From: Octopus vulgaris
Lineage: Eukaryota
Assembly (NCBI GenBank): GCA_951406725.2
Contig: OX597819.1
Span: 130,262,001 to 130,326,000, forward strand
Length of the DNA: 64,000 nt
Direction: 5' to 3'
This document shows positions 15,650-30,631 of the stretch, one piece after another. The translations under genes and the position numbers were made by a program. Position 1 is the first letter of the stretch; each line of letters starts with the position of its first letter. The notes below the pieces were generated by a model. It had not been told where the DNA came from, did not search any database, and was given only the letters and a program-made list of their open reading frames with translations.

Positions 15650-15830
15650 ATCCATGTGTGTGTGTACGTAAAGGTGTGTCTGTGTGTGTGTGTGTGTTTG
15701 TATTCATTACGCCTGTGTGTCACTGAGAACTGTGGGTGTGTATGTTAATTTTTATTAATGGCCATAATTATCCAATACATGTAACTGTTGATGTTTTTGC
15801 AATTATTGCCGTTGTTGTCGTTGAATGGAA

Positions 15831-16016
15831 CTAAGTTAGCCCTGATCGAGACAGACCTATAATCAAAGATGTTCCATCCGTGACCATTCCATCTGTTTTA
15901 GTATATATATTACGAGTTACTACTGGTATTTTCCTTTTTCAAAACATCAAATTGTGATTTCAAGGAAATTTGTCCCCTGTTTTTAATTCTAGCTTATCGT
16001 GTGGTCGCTACAAGGT
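15831..16016 (+). mobile_element. Single-copy dispersed repeat homologous to the element hosting the 52.5-54.4 kb array
   Basis: cagacctataatcaaagatgttccatccgtgaccattccatctgtt aligns with the array unit cagacccatgatcgaaggagctccactcgtgcccatcacgtctgtt. Downstream tgtgatttcaagga matches tgtgatttaaagga just after the array. Confidence 0.65.
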
Positions 16017-16405
16017 TTTGGGCCCATGCTTGTGTGCAATGTTTGTGCACTATATGCATGTGCATTTATACGTGCATGTATGTTTAGTGCAATGATGTGC
16101 ATTCTTACATAAAAAATATCATACACGTCCAAGCCTCTGTGCCCTGTGTTACAAAGAAATATGTGTGTATGTATGTATGTGTAACAAACTGAGTATACTA
16201 TGTGTATGCATGTGTAGTAAGGTGTGTAGAGGCCCGTGTATGTATACAAAAACACACGTATGTATATAATTCTCTAACAGGATGTTACATGTGATTATTT
16301 TTGGTGTATGTGTAGCAGACCATGCGTGTTATTGTGCGCATGTGCATGTATCAGTAGCAGCGCATTTGTGTATGCAGTTGTGTATATATGTGCATATGCA
16401 GCAAG

Positions 16406-16444
<39 letters not shown>

Positions 16445-16992
16445 GGCGGGAAGAAGGGAACTACTATCTCTAAATAAACAAATAAATAAATAAATAAACA
16501 AATAAATAAATAAATATATATACATATATATACACACGCACATTGCTGAAACTATATTATTACCTGTGTGTGTATATATGAGTATGTGTGTTTATGTGTG
16601 TGAGCGTTTGTGTGCACGCATGAACGTACTGTGTGTACGTGCACGCCTATCTGCATAAGTGTGTGCGTGCGTGCGTGCGTGTGTGTGCGTGCGTGTGTGT
16701 GCGTGCGTGTGTGTGTGTGTGCATATTTAAGGTAGAAAATGTGTATGTATACACCTCTGCACCAGAACAAAATCTTTGTGTACGTTTGTGTATGTAAATG
16801 TGGCAAACTCTTTGATATGTATGTGCATATATGTGTGGGTGTATATGAGTATGTTTATGCGATGCCTGTGTAGCTGTATAACACCATGGATATATACACT
16901 TCTGCAACTGTATATCTGTGAACGGACGAGTTTATGTAAATATACTATAAATTGTTTATACACGCCTCCGAAACAGCACGTTATGTATATAT

Positions 16993-17502
16993 ATGTGCAT
17001 GCATGTATGTATGTGTGTATGTATGTATCTATGTATGTGTGCATGCATGCATGTATGTATGTGTGTATGTATGTATCTATGTATGTGTGCATGCATGCAT
17101 GTATGTATGTGTGTATGTATGTATCTATGTATGTGTGCATGCATGTATGTATGTGTGTATGTATGTATGTTTGTATGTATGTATGTGTGTATGTATGTAT
17201 CTATGTATGTGTGCATGCATGTATGTATGTGTGTATGTATGTATCTATGTATGTGTGCATGCATGTATGTATGTGTGTATATATGTATGTTTGTATGTAT
17301 GTATCTATGTATGTGTGCATTCATGTATGTGTGTATGTATGTATCTATGTATGTGTGCATTCATGTATGTGTGTATGTATGTATCTATGTATGTGTGCAT
17401 GCATGTATGTATGTGTGTATGTATGTATCTATGTATGTCTGCATTCATGTTTGTATGTGTGTATGTATGTATCTATGTATGTGTGCATTCATGTTTGTAT
17501 GT
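16993..17502. repeat. Higher-order repeat built from TATG/GCAT microsatellite units
   Basis: gtatgtatctatgtatgtgtgcat recurs more than ten times at roughly 36-60 bp spacing. Confidence 0.85.
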
Positions 17503-17986
17503 GCGAGTAAGTATGTTACCCGGTGCCTTTATGCATCTACCTATACGCACCTAAATGCATTTCTGTGTGTGCATGTGCACGTAACAGTGAGAGTGTGTGT
17601 ATGTCTGTGTGGGTGTGTGTGCAACTTCGTATGCGTTTCTGCGCACGTTTATTCATTCTCATAAGTGTAAACGTGTGTATAGCTAAAGTTGTGGACCATG
17701 AATATGCTCGTTTAGTATCGTACATGCAAGCGAGCACCTGGGTATGTACTTGCGTTTGCGTGAGTGCTTTTCAGTGTGTACGGGTGTATGCGTCTGTGAA
17801 AGTTTTGCAAAAATTGCGTGTTAATGCCTTTGCTTACACGGTATAATTCTGTAAGCGTAAGTGTGTGTATTTTCGAGGTATTTCGTACACGTGATAAATC
17901 AGTGAAGATATTAACATAGAATTGTGAAATCCAGATGATATCAGATACAGTTACGGAAATGGCAGCAGACACACACACACATACAC

Positions 17987-18065
<79 letters not shown>

Positions 18066-18083
18066 CATCCATCCATCCACCTA

Positions 18084-18213
<130 letters not shown>

Positions 18214-18216
18214 GTG

Positions 18217-18280
<64 letters not shown>

Positions 18281-18608
18281 TACACACACACACACATACA
18301 CATACAAGTAAGTACATCACAGGCGCAAAAGAAGGTGGTGCCAATAATACTCGAAAACCAAATTCACAAATTGTCACTCAGAGTTTCATGTAATAGCTTA
18401 TGACAAATGTCTGCTGAATCTCTACGTGACGGTTTGTGGAGGTCCGCTATGGTCTTATTTCTAGCATAAGGGTGTCCACATAGTGGTTTCCCTCTAATAT
18501 GTTATATAATACAATTTTACTGGAGCTTCAGTTTTTTTGATATGCAAGACCACTGGTGTGAAATCGATGTTAATTAAATTAATATCTAATTTCTAAACCT
18601 CATTTAAA

Positions 18609-18659
<51 letters not shown>

Positions 18660-18668
<9 letters not shown>

Positions 18669-18888
18669 TTGTGTGTATGTTTGCGTGTGTGTGTTTGTCC
18701 CCCTAGCATTGCTTGACAACCGATGCTGGTGTGTTTACGTCCCCGTCACTTAGCGGTTCGGCAAAAGAGACTGATAGAATAAGTACTGGGCTTACAAAGA
18801 ATAAGTCCCGGGGTCGATTTGCTCGACTAAAGGCGGTGCTCCAGCATGGCCGCAGTCAAATGACTGAAACAAGTAAAAGAGTAAAAGA

Positions 18889-18890
<2 letters not shown>
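18660..18890 (+). mobile_element. SINE family A, 3' half
   Basis: tgtttgtcccctagcattgcttgacaaccgatg ... gactgaaacaagtaaaagagt. Confidence 0.85.
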
Positions 18891-18949
<59 letters not shown>

Positions 18950-19906
18950 TAGATAGATAGATAGATATGCATATAGAAAGAACACACACATATATGATTA
19001 ACGTATACATAGATATATAAATATATATGTACTGTATGTATATATGTAAAAATGTATATATAGGTTGTTTAAGAAAAAAATTAAGGGGGAAATAAGTCCT
19101 ACTCAAACTAGAGACCTGTACCAATTACCAAAAACTGCAACAATAAATACCCTAGGACCAGGCGCTTGTGAATTCCGCAATACACACACACACAAATGCA
19201 AATGTGTGTGTGTGTCTAACATTAATGTTCATTGCTTGAATGCATCGTCTGTAAATGCAGGCGATGCTGCTAGCCTAGAGAACGTGCATGAAAGCAAATA
19301 ACAATTCTTATAACAATATAAAGCTTTCATTTTGATGAGGGACAACTGGAAAGAGGGCAGACACAGGCTATTAGTACCCTGCATCACACACACACGCGCG
19401 CGTGCGCATACGTGTACGCGTGTATGTGCTTGTGTGTGTGCGAGTGTGTGTGTGTGAGTGTGTGTGTGTGTGTGTGTTAGTGTGCATAAATGAGGTGTTA
19501 GAAGCAATTATAGCAAACTTTGAATTCGGTATAGATATGTAATACAGCTGCAATTATACACCCACACATACTATACATACAGGAAACAGGCACAGAAAAT
19601 AGTCACAGGCAGAGAAAATGTATGTATGTATATATGTATGTGTGTTTGTATGTATGTATGTATGTATGTATGTATGTATGTGTGTATGTAAGTATGTACG
19701 TATACACACAGTCAGTTTAAGTATAGAAGTTTTTGAAAGATTGCTTTAGACCAGTGGTAGAACATCTGATATGTTGATATGTCTAGAGAAGATGTGGGTT
19801 CAATTCCTATAACTATTTTCCTATAAAGTATTTTTAATCCTATATTTACCCACCATTGTCTTTATCTATTTGTGTGTATTGCGGATTTTCACCGTTCACA
19901 AGAAGA

Positions 19907-19988
<82 letters not shown>

Positions 19989-20458
19989 CATGTATGTATG
20001 TACATATGTATGTATGTACGTATGTATATATACACACGCACACAAACACACATATATATATAGGGATGTATTTGTTACGAAAAATCTATTAAAAGAGATG
20101 TATAATAAGAATATTGAATAGTTATCTGGAAACGGAGAACAGGTAGAGGAAGAATAGACACAGAAAACAGGAGACAGAAAGAAATGTTTTTCCTAAATTA
20201 AGAGAAGGAAAAAAAATATAAGAAAATACAAAATAAATATTGACTGAAGTTTAAAAACAGAATTTAACAAAATAATTGTGTATTTGTTTTCCAACTTTGC
20301 AAAATGTTAGCAGAAAATATATTTGTTCAGCGGCATGGAAAAAACCAAGGATAATTAAATAGGAAGAACGCAAAGGAGAGAGAATAAAAAAGGTAGCCAT
20401 CAACAGACACACGTCTTAACACACATCTGTGAATGCGTCTGCATGTATGCGTGTAGAC

Positions 20459-20490
<32 letters not shown>

Positions 20491-20551
20491 ATATATATAT
20501 GTATGTGTGTGTGTGTGTTTGTGAATATATATGCATATATATGCATATATA

Positions 20552-20612
<61 letters not shown>

Positions 20613-20844
20613 ATGTATCTATGTATGCATATAAAGTCGAAATTGGTGTTTTCAAAGTTAATTAAAAACAGTGGATAACGTTCATTGACGAACAAAAAAA
20701 AAGACAAAGACTCAATAAGGAATTATATTCCCAATATTCTATTAGACAGAAATGCAGAGCGACTGGGACTTCGAAGTTTTTTTCTGGTAACAGCAAAGTT
20801 AGATTATTCATTTGAATGCCTCACTATATGGCTATCTATCTATC

Positions 20845-20895
<51 letters not shown>

Positions 20896-20902
20896 ATATC
20901 TA

Positions 20903-20962
<60 letters not shown>

Positions 20963-21152
20963 CATATATATACATATATAATACAAAATGGGACAAGAAC
21001 GCAAAACATCCGGACAACTAGGTGATACAAAAAGGGGCAACAAAATATACTGATAGACGATACAAAAAAAACCCCACAAGGACGGGGTTATTCAAAGCAT
21101 TCTATCCTCAGTCAAGAACCGGATCATCCTCGCAATTTCGGCTGATTGACCT

Positions 21153-21207
<55 letters not shown>

Positions 21208-21535
21208 ATACCTACCTCTCTCAACTCGCTGCCTTTCGATTTTTATCTGTCTATTTATTTATTTATCTATTACTTTCTATTATGTAGTTGCCCCGACAAA
21301 CCATTATCAACGAAACATGAAATCGCGATCCTTAAAATTTGTAATATAATACTAATACTAATCCCTTTTACTATAGGCACAAGGTCTGGAATATGGGGGC
21401 AGGATGGTCAATTACATCGACTGCGGTACTCAAATGGTACTTATTTCATCGACCCCGAAATGATAAGAGGCAAAGTCGACCTCGGCGAAATTTGAACATA
21501 GAATCAGAACTAACCCTAACGTGAATGCATATAAA

Positions 21536-21610
<75 letters not shown>

Positions 21611-21929
21611 CACACACGCACACACAAACACACACACACACACACAGACGCATATATATTTTTTTTAATTATAATTTAGGGTATCTACGAGATACCACCA
21701 TGCTGAAAATAGCAGCCATGATCTGACTCTAAAACCACCCTAATTTTCTATATATCAAGGTAAATTAAGGTGGTTTTAGAGTCAGATCATGGCTGCTATT
21801 TTCAGCATGGTGGTATCTCGTAGATACCCTAAATTATAATTTTAAAAATTATTTCCTTTCAAGGTTTTTTTTCCATGCTGACCACTTGATAAAATCGTTA
21901 TTATTTTTTTAGATTAACGATCTTATCCT

Positions 21930-21991
<62 letters not shown>

Positions 21992-22627
21992 CATGGGTGT
22001 ATGTGCGTGACAATGAGTGCTTCCACAATTTATTTGTTTCTTAATCGAAGCAAAACTTACTCAATATTAAACACTGATTTATTTGAACCAGTTTCACCAA
22101 GTTTAGGACCGGATAAATCTGTGCAATAACATTGATGGTAGCTAATATAATGCCTGGATTCAGAAAAATCATTCTACAAATTACTGAACACATATATTAG
22201 AATATGATTATATGTTTTTACGCATCTTGAATCTGGCTCCTTCACAAGTATGTATGTATACATATGTGTATATATATATATATGTGTGTGTGTGTGTGCG
22301 TGGTGTGTCTGTGTGTGCGTGCGTGTGTGTTCGAGAAGGCTAATGTTTGTTTATTAATGTAGTTAGAATTACGGACTTGGTTCAATAATAATAACGTGAG
22401 CACAGTGTACGCCATGTTGACGTGTGGATTTATATATTGAGGTTTTGTGCAAAATGAGATTATAATATTGTTCGTTGTAACGATTATTTATTGTGCTGTG
22501 GGGAAATTCGTATTACACCCCACTGTGCTACACAAGGAAGATAGAGGGTGTTCCACGTATGCATGCATCATTGTAAACCACGTGCGTATATTATGTGTAT
22601 ATATTATACCACTAAATATGGATTTAT

Positions 22628-22689
<62 letters not shown>

Positions 22690-22802
22690 TATAGAGAGTG
22701 ATAGACAGAAAGACAGAAAGACAGAAAGACAGATAAGCAGATAGAGAGGTATACCAGAAAGTTGGTTTCATGTAAATGCATGCATATGTAGGTGTGTGTG
22801 TA

Positions 22803-22874
<72 letters not shown>

Positions 22875-22956
22875 AAAATATAAGTTTATGAAAGAATGGA
22901 GTTGAACGACTTGTTAACAAATTTCCTTTATTTTCGACATATGTTTCGAAGGCTGC

Positions 22957-23031
<75 letters not shown>

Positions 23032-23232
23032 CGGAATGCCTTAAAAAGTTGATGTAATAATGCATTTAGGAATTTTATTGTTCCAAAATATATATAAAGA
23101 ACTAATAAGGAAATTTCAAAAAAATTCCTTAATAAAACAGATTAAACTCCAATATAGATATGTCTCTAATATTACATTTTTTAAAGAAAATCTCTGTAGA
23201 GATGCACAAACGTGTGTGTGTGTGCGTGTGTG

Positions 23233-23284
<52 letters not shown>

Positions 23285-23837
23285 ATCATGTGGTCGATTA
23301 AATACTCCTACCCCTACTCCAAGTTTTCTATCTAGATTGATAATATATTGTCCCGTTTGCACACACAATCGTGTTTGCAATTGCCAGCATGCATACATAT
23401 TTGCGTATGAACTAAAACATACATACATACATACATACAAACATAACTACATACGTACATGCATACAGGTATTTGCATAACAACCTAAATATCCTGGAGT
23501 TTTTCTCGAAAGAAAAAAACTAAACGAAAATATTCACATTCTCTGAATGCGATCGATTAGTGGTGCGAAAATCTGCAAAAAACATTCCAGGGATTCTCTA
23601 TTTAAGGTCCCTGGCCTATACACACGTACACAATTGAATTGCATGTACAAATGGAACACACACAAACGCATACAGCAATGAAGCGTATTAACTTGTGTAC
23701 TAAAGTGATATGCACAGTTACTATATAAGTGCATGTAGAATTATTCAAATTTGCAAAAACTCTCATGTTGCACAAAACATGTTGAAGAGAAGGTTGGCAA
23801 AGCTATTTCCAAGTGTTGACTTTGCCAGCTTACTGAC

Positions 23838-23942
23838 CACTGACCAGCTCTCCACTGACCAGCTCTCCACTGACTAGATCTCCACTGACTAGATCTCCAC
23901 TGACTAGCTCTCCACTGACCAGCTCTCCACTGACCAGCTCTC
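23838..23942. repeat. 15-bp minisatellite, 7 copies
   Basis: cactgaccagctctc / cactgactagatctc units. Confidence 0.92.
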
Positions 23943-24183
23943 TGGTCCGAACAAAGTTTGAAACTACTATCTGAATTTGAAAATGCGAAGATACATGTAT
24001 GCTAATATACATGCATTCGAAGTGTACATGTGTATGTGTGTGTGTATACATACATACGCACATGCATACATAGATACATACATACATACATACACACATA
24101 CATATACTATATATATTATATGTGTATATATATATATAATTTTTCATAAAATTATTTTAGCATTTTCTATCTTGACTTTTTTT

Positions 24184-24221
<38 letters not shown>

Positions 24222-24982
24222 GCACACACACACACGCAAACATACATATGTATATATATGCATATATATAAATATATATATATCTTATTTACTATGTAGG
24301 ATTTGTCAGGAAGTTTCAGTCCCAGTCGTAACTGTGAGCTTGACGTCAATAAAGTTCCGTTTAAGCTGTTACAAATCGAAACCGGTAGGAAATCCATGTG
24401 TGAGTGTGGAGATTCCAGAGCGAAAATGGCATAGTGACTAGTGCACGGAAAGGGAGACTGGGACCAAGAGCAACGAGATATAGAAAGGAGAGTGGGTGAA
24501 TCGAGAGTTTCTCAGTGCTCAAGGTATGAGAACATGCAATTTCGAGGAGTAGTAGCGACAGAAAAGGCAGCAGGAGGCAATTGCATGTCTGTAAACTAGA
24601 GGCTGGAGTGTGTCCGTGGATGATAAAATGCTAAACAGATATTTTCCGAAACGTCAGTTAATTTTATTGGAGTTAGGTCCCTTCTTCTCACGAGAGTTTT
24701 TTTTCTACTAATTTCATAAATAACACCAGTCACTAGTACTGTAAATCACTAATACTGTGTGAAAGTTGGGTGCCTATATGTTGTGTGAAGACACATATAT
24801 TTAGGATGTAAAACTCGCGATCATAAGGTTGTGGGTTCGTTTCCTTGTAAGGGAAGCAGATTGTGCCTTTGAAAGCAATAATTCATTTCAAGATGCTCGA
24901 GTCTACTCACATAGAAATGACTATAAATGATATATATACAAATACATATGGGTGCGCATGTAAGTATATGTGCTTGCGAATG

Positions 24983-25028
<46 letters not shown>

Positions 25029-25176
25029 TACACACATATATATATACACAAACATATATATATATACATATGTTCGCATCTATATATATGTGTATATATA
25101 TATATAGATATATATTTATGTATCTATGTGTTATAACATATGAGTTTACATGAACACACAGATACACACACACACA

Positions 25177-25209
<33 letters not shown>

Positions 25210-25308
25210 ACACACACACATTATATTTACCGATAACTGAGGAATGAGGATCATTTGGACATTTTAAGCCAGAAGAATAAAATAAACTGACATGATATAC
25301 ATGCAAGT

Positions 25309-25380
<72 letters not shown>

Positions 25381-25475
25381 CATACACATGCATACATGTA
25401 TAAATAGTTGCATATACAAATATGTATGTAAATGTATGTAGGCATGTATATATACACTCACGTTATATATATATA

Positions 25476-25848
25476 CTAGCAGTATCGCCCGGCGTTGCTC
25501 AGGTTTGTAAGGAAATAACTATAAAGCATTTTTAGAGAGTTATAGCCAAAAAATAGCAAAAAAATGGAAAAAAAATGATGGTAAATTTTTTTGAGAGTTA
25601 AAAAAGGTGGAGTTGCGTCCCCTAGACAGTCTGTGGTTTGGGTTTCTGATTCTCGACCCCATGTCGAATTTATCGATTTTTTTCAGAACTGGGGGAACTT
25701 TTCAAAATTTTCGCTGCGTTAGTTTTGAATTATGACATTGGGCTATGTGTGTGTCAAGTTTCATCAGAATCGGTTGAAAGCCGTGGTCAGAGTGAGGGTA
25801 CGAGAAAACAGACACACAGAAAACACACAGACAAACTGCCGTTTATAT

Positions 25849-25851
<3 letters not shown>
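25476..25851 (-). mobile_element. Non-autonomous Helitron-like element
   Basis: On the minus strand it begins TC and ends CTAG, inserted between A and T. It has a GC-rich subterminal hairpin near the CTAG end. Internal aagtttcatcagaatcggttga...cagac resembles short non-autonomous Helitrons. Confidence 0.7.
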
Positions 25852-25896
<45 letters not shown>

Positions 25897-26165
25897 CATT
25901 TGCATATATATATGTACACATATACGTAAGTATGCATGCCCGCCAGTATGTATGCATGTATGTATGTATGCGCACACAGATATATTGAAAGACTGCAAGG
26001 ACAGACAAACTGAGAGGGCGAAAAGAGAGAATTTTGTAGGTAGATAGGTAGCTAGACATGCAAATGGGCCTATAAATATGCATACATATATGTGTGTGTA
26101 TATATATAGATGTATATGTTTGTATATACACACACACATATATATACATACATACATACATACAC

Positions 26166-26208
<43 letters not shown>

Positions 26209-26216
26209 CATATATA

Positions 26217-26502
26217 GTATAAAGGAGCGTGGGTAAGGCCAAAGTAATGCGAAGTAAATGCAAGGTAAATCACAAGAAAACAAATATGTGAATTAATATA
26301 GTTACCTTGTATTCAATATTTCGGGGTTATAACCCCATTTTCAAGAAATAGACGAATGTTGCCGTCTATTTCTTGAAAATGGGGTCATAACCCCGAAATA
26401 TTGACTACAAGGTAAGTCTATATTAATTCACATATTTGTTTTCTTGTGATTTACCTTGCATTTACTTCACATTGTTTTGGCCTTACCCACGATCCTTTAT
26501 AC
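26217..26502. mobile_element. Palindromic insert (~135-bp arms) with a minimal hammerhead motif in each arm (26310-26350 minus, 26367-26407 plus); Penelope-like pLTR remnant inferred
   Basis: Arms are reverse complements; each reads tattTC-TTGAAAA-T-GGGGT nata ACCCC-GAAA-TA-TT-GA. Confidence 0.7.
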
Positions 26503-26595
26503 AATATATTCTACACAATGCTTCGTAGTAATTATTCCATGTATATATATATATATATATCATATAAATACATATGAATATGTATACATCTGTGA

Positions 26596-26641
<46 letters not shown>

Positions 26642-26826
26642 AGAATTTATGAAAAAAACAACAAAAGACGAAGAAGACAGGTGGTGTACAAAACAAACAG
26701 ATGTATTAGTATAACGTTCAGGAATAGAAAAAGTCTTTTACGTTTCGAACCTACGCTCTTCTACAGAAAGGGACACAGAAAAAACAAGGAGAGAAAAAAA
26801 CGTGTGTAGTGGCTAAAGATCTGTGA

Positions 26827-26888
<62 letters not shown>

Positions 26889-28023
26889 ACATGAGTTAAT
26901 GTTTATACTGGTATTTATATGTATTTACATATGTTTATATACAAGTGTATATAGGTATATAGATTTAAGCTAGGCTTTTTCCTTAATGATATTTCGAAAA
27001 TTCTTTATTCTTGTGGTTATCTCCCTTCTTCTACGGAACTGGTGTCAGCTACCGTTTGTTAATTACGATACATCCCGTATAGATGGAGAAAAAATTCATA
27101 AATTAAGAATTAATTTTATATGGTATTTCGTATACCTGTATTTATCTATGTTGCTCATCTACATGATAGTGGCCACTCTCAGCTATTTAGCCCATTTTTA
27201 CTTAATTCGTGTATACATACATACATACCTATGTATGTATATATATATATATATATATACATACACATACATATATATATATATATATATATGTATATAC
27301 ATATGTACAAACACACAAGCATATATGCACAAACTCACACTCACAAATATATACACGCACACTCACACGCACATTACCGCATTGTTTACCCCATTAGAAT
27401 ATAGAAATAAGTATGAAATAATTTCTATTTAAATGTAGAACTCGAAGTAAATACAGCTACTTACAAAAGCGTATAGATATTGCATTTAGAGTATGTATGC
27501 ATACACACACACTTGCGCATGTGCGACTGTACACACACATATATATATACATATATGTGTGCATATTTATATATATATGTATATTTATAATGTGTATATA
27601 TGCAGGTGTGTGTTAGTATGTTTGTGTGTCTGTTTTTGTGTATGTGTATATGTTTCTCTATATTTCCTGAAATATGTCAACAGATTTTTCCAAAATCCTT
27701 CTTTACGTCTTCGTAAATATACGGTCAATGCAAGCTGTTTGGCAGAACGGATCGGGTTAACTGTTAATACAATCAAATAGAACTACACAGCAAATACTAA
27801 TGAGAACATATACTTATCATAAATAGTCATTTTTTTCCTTTCCCTTTTTTTCCTCCCCCCCCTTTTTTTTTATTTTATTCCCCCCTTTTTTGTCCTCTTT
27901 CTTTCCCTTTACGATCCCTTTTGATCGAAAACCAAACCCCCTTTTTTTTACCCCTAAAAGAAAAGCTCTACCTTGTAATTTATCCTGTCTGTGTGCAGCC
28001 CTGTGTGGCTAATAAAGAAACAA

Positions 28024-28091
<68 letters not shown>

Positions 28092-28107
28092 ATATATATA
28101 TATATAT

Positions 28108-28454
28108 ATGTAATATGTGACAATTATTCGGTAGCCATGAAAAATCTCCGAGTTTCGGATGCCGAGGTTGAAATCCACGCTGCCATCTCTTCAGTTATCC
28201 GCCCATCGGAAAAAATGCTATGAAGAATGACCGTCATAATTTTCCTCTGTATAACGGTCATTTTTCATAGCATTTTTTCCGATGGCCGGATAACTGGAGA
28301 GATGGCGGCGTGGATTTCCAGCTCGGCATCCGAAACTCGGAGTTTTATCATGGCTACCGAATAATTGTCACATATTACATTTACAGATAAATTCCTCTAT
28401 TTACATAATATCGAGATCTCTTTCTTTCTTTTGTTATCTTACCGTTTTTACCAG
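28108..28454. mobile_element. Palindromic insert (28108-28380) plus tail, with hammerhead motifs at 28139-28199 (minus) and 28289-28349 (plus)
   Basis: GATAA-CTG(A/G)AGA-GATG...CATC-C-GAAA-CTCGGAG-TT-TTATC; same family at 48335-48490. Confidence 0.75.
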
Positions 28455-28462
28455 TATATATA

Positions 28463-28578
28463 TTACGGCCATATCACGTTGAAAGCACCGGTTCTCGTCC
28501 GATCACCAAAGTTAAGCAACGCCGATCCTACTGGGTACTTGGATGGAAGACCGCTTGGGAAACCTAGGTGCTGTAAGC
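28463..28578 (+). pseudogene. Divergent 5S rRNA copy (probable pseudogene)
   Basis: ttacggccatatcacgttgaaagcaccggttctcgtccgatcaccaaagttaagcaacg...gtacttggatggaagaccgcttggga...gtgctgtaagc follows the metazoan 5S consensus, and helix I pairs. It lacks the first 2 nt and an oligo(T) terminator and is a solitary copy. Confidence 0.88.
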
Positions 28579-28593
28579 GTCTCACACTTAATA

Positions 28594-29013
28594 GGCGCAG
28601 GAGTGGCTATGTGGTAAGTAGCTTGCTTACCAGCCACATGCCTTCGGGTTCAGTCCCACTGCGTGGCTCCTTGGGCAATTGTTTTCTATTATAGCCTCGC
28701 GCCGACCAAAGCCTTGTGAGTGGATTTGGTAGACGGAAACTGAACGAAGCCTGTCGTGTATATGTATATATATGTATGTGTGTGTGTGTGTGCGTGTGTT
28801 ATCATCATTCATATATATGTATGTGTGTGTGTGTCTGTCTGTTTGTCCCCACCAACACCGCTTGACAACCGATGTTGGCGTGTTCACATACCCGTAACTT
28901 AGCAGTTCGGCAAAAGAAACGATAGAATAAGTACTAAGCTTACAAAGAATAAGTTGATTTGTTCGACTAAAATCAGTGCAGTCAAATTACCGAAACAAAT
29001 AAAGAATAAAAGA
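28594..29013 (+). mobile_element. SINE family A immediately downstream of the 5S copy
   Basis: ggcgcaggagtggctatgtggtaagtagc head through gaaacaaataaagaataaaaga tail. Confidence 0.88.
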
Positions 29014-29053
29014 ATATCTATCTATGTATCTATATCTATATATATACATATAC

Positions 29054-29159
<106 letters not shown>

Positions 29160-29308
29160 ATAGACCCAGGACTTATTCCTTGTAAGCCTAGTACTTATTC
29201 TTTCGGGCTCTTTTGCCGAACCACTAAGTTACGGGGACGTAAACACATTAACATCGATTGTCAAGCGATGGTTTCGGGGACCAAAAACAGACACACAAAT
29301 ACATATAC

Positions 29309-29367
<59 letters not shown>

Positions 29368-30315
29368 TATATAAAAATTTTATTTTTTACTTAATATATA
29401 AATATATAAGTCCGCTTTAAGCAGCGTATTGAAGCGTATATCAGATAATATTCTATATTTATTATAAACAGCTTCACACACACACACACACAAACATACA
29501 GACACACACACACTTAGATATTTATCTGTATATATACATACATTCAAAAACATTGTTATATATATATTAGTATTGTATATAAATACAATGGAGCGACACT
29601 AGGCCAAAAAGAGGGAAGTCAGAGTCAAAATTAAATAACAGTAATAATAATAATACTGATGAAGATGCATCTATATACACACATTTCCTTATACACAGAC
29701 ACATGTATATACACATATATTTACGTATGTCCAAATATCAAAAAATAAGTGCAGGTAATACATATGTTTATGTAAACATGTATATGTGTATTTATGCATA
29801 TACATATATATGTATATATATATATAAATGTATGAATATATATATGAATATATGTATGAATATATGTATGAATATATGTATCCTTAAATCCTAAAAAATG
29901 TTTTAGCCCGAAGGCCGCAGCCATGCTGGGGCACTCCCATAAGTATATAAGTACACACGTAGAAATATGTGTGTGTGTGTGCGTGTGTGCAATTTCGCTT
30001 CACTTTATGACATTACTTTGGAAACAGCTTCACCAGAAATGGTCTTTCAAGGTAAAACAATCACACACGCACACACGCACAAACAGACACACACACACAC
30101 ACACAAATACATATATTCATACATGTATGTATAGACCTTGATAATAACAGACGCGTTCAATATTAATGTATATATATGTATGTGTGTGTGTGTGTGTATT
30201 GTTCTCATATATATACACATTTAAGTAGTTATATATATATAGACATACATACATACATATATATGTATATATATATATTTATATATCTATCTGTCTCTCT
30301 CTCTCTATCTATCTA

Positions 30316-30369
<54 letters not shown>

Positions 30370-30375
30370 AATACA

Positions 30376-30418
<43 letters not shown>

Positions 30419-30566
30419 CGTGCATTTATTGATATGAGTGCGTCCTGTAATTTTTTGTGAGTGAGCTTTCTAAGCCGTTCGCCTCAGTTAAGAATAATAT
30501 GCATACATCCATATAACCATATGCATCAAGCCAAATATATGAACATGGATAAAACGATCACGAAAG

Positions 30567-30631
<65 letters not shown>

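Noticed and set aside
24295-24700. Unique island containing GAAACCGGTA
   Set aside because: No matching upstream core or helix II; unidentified repeat fragment
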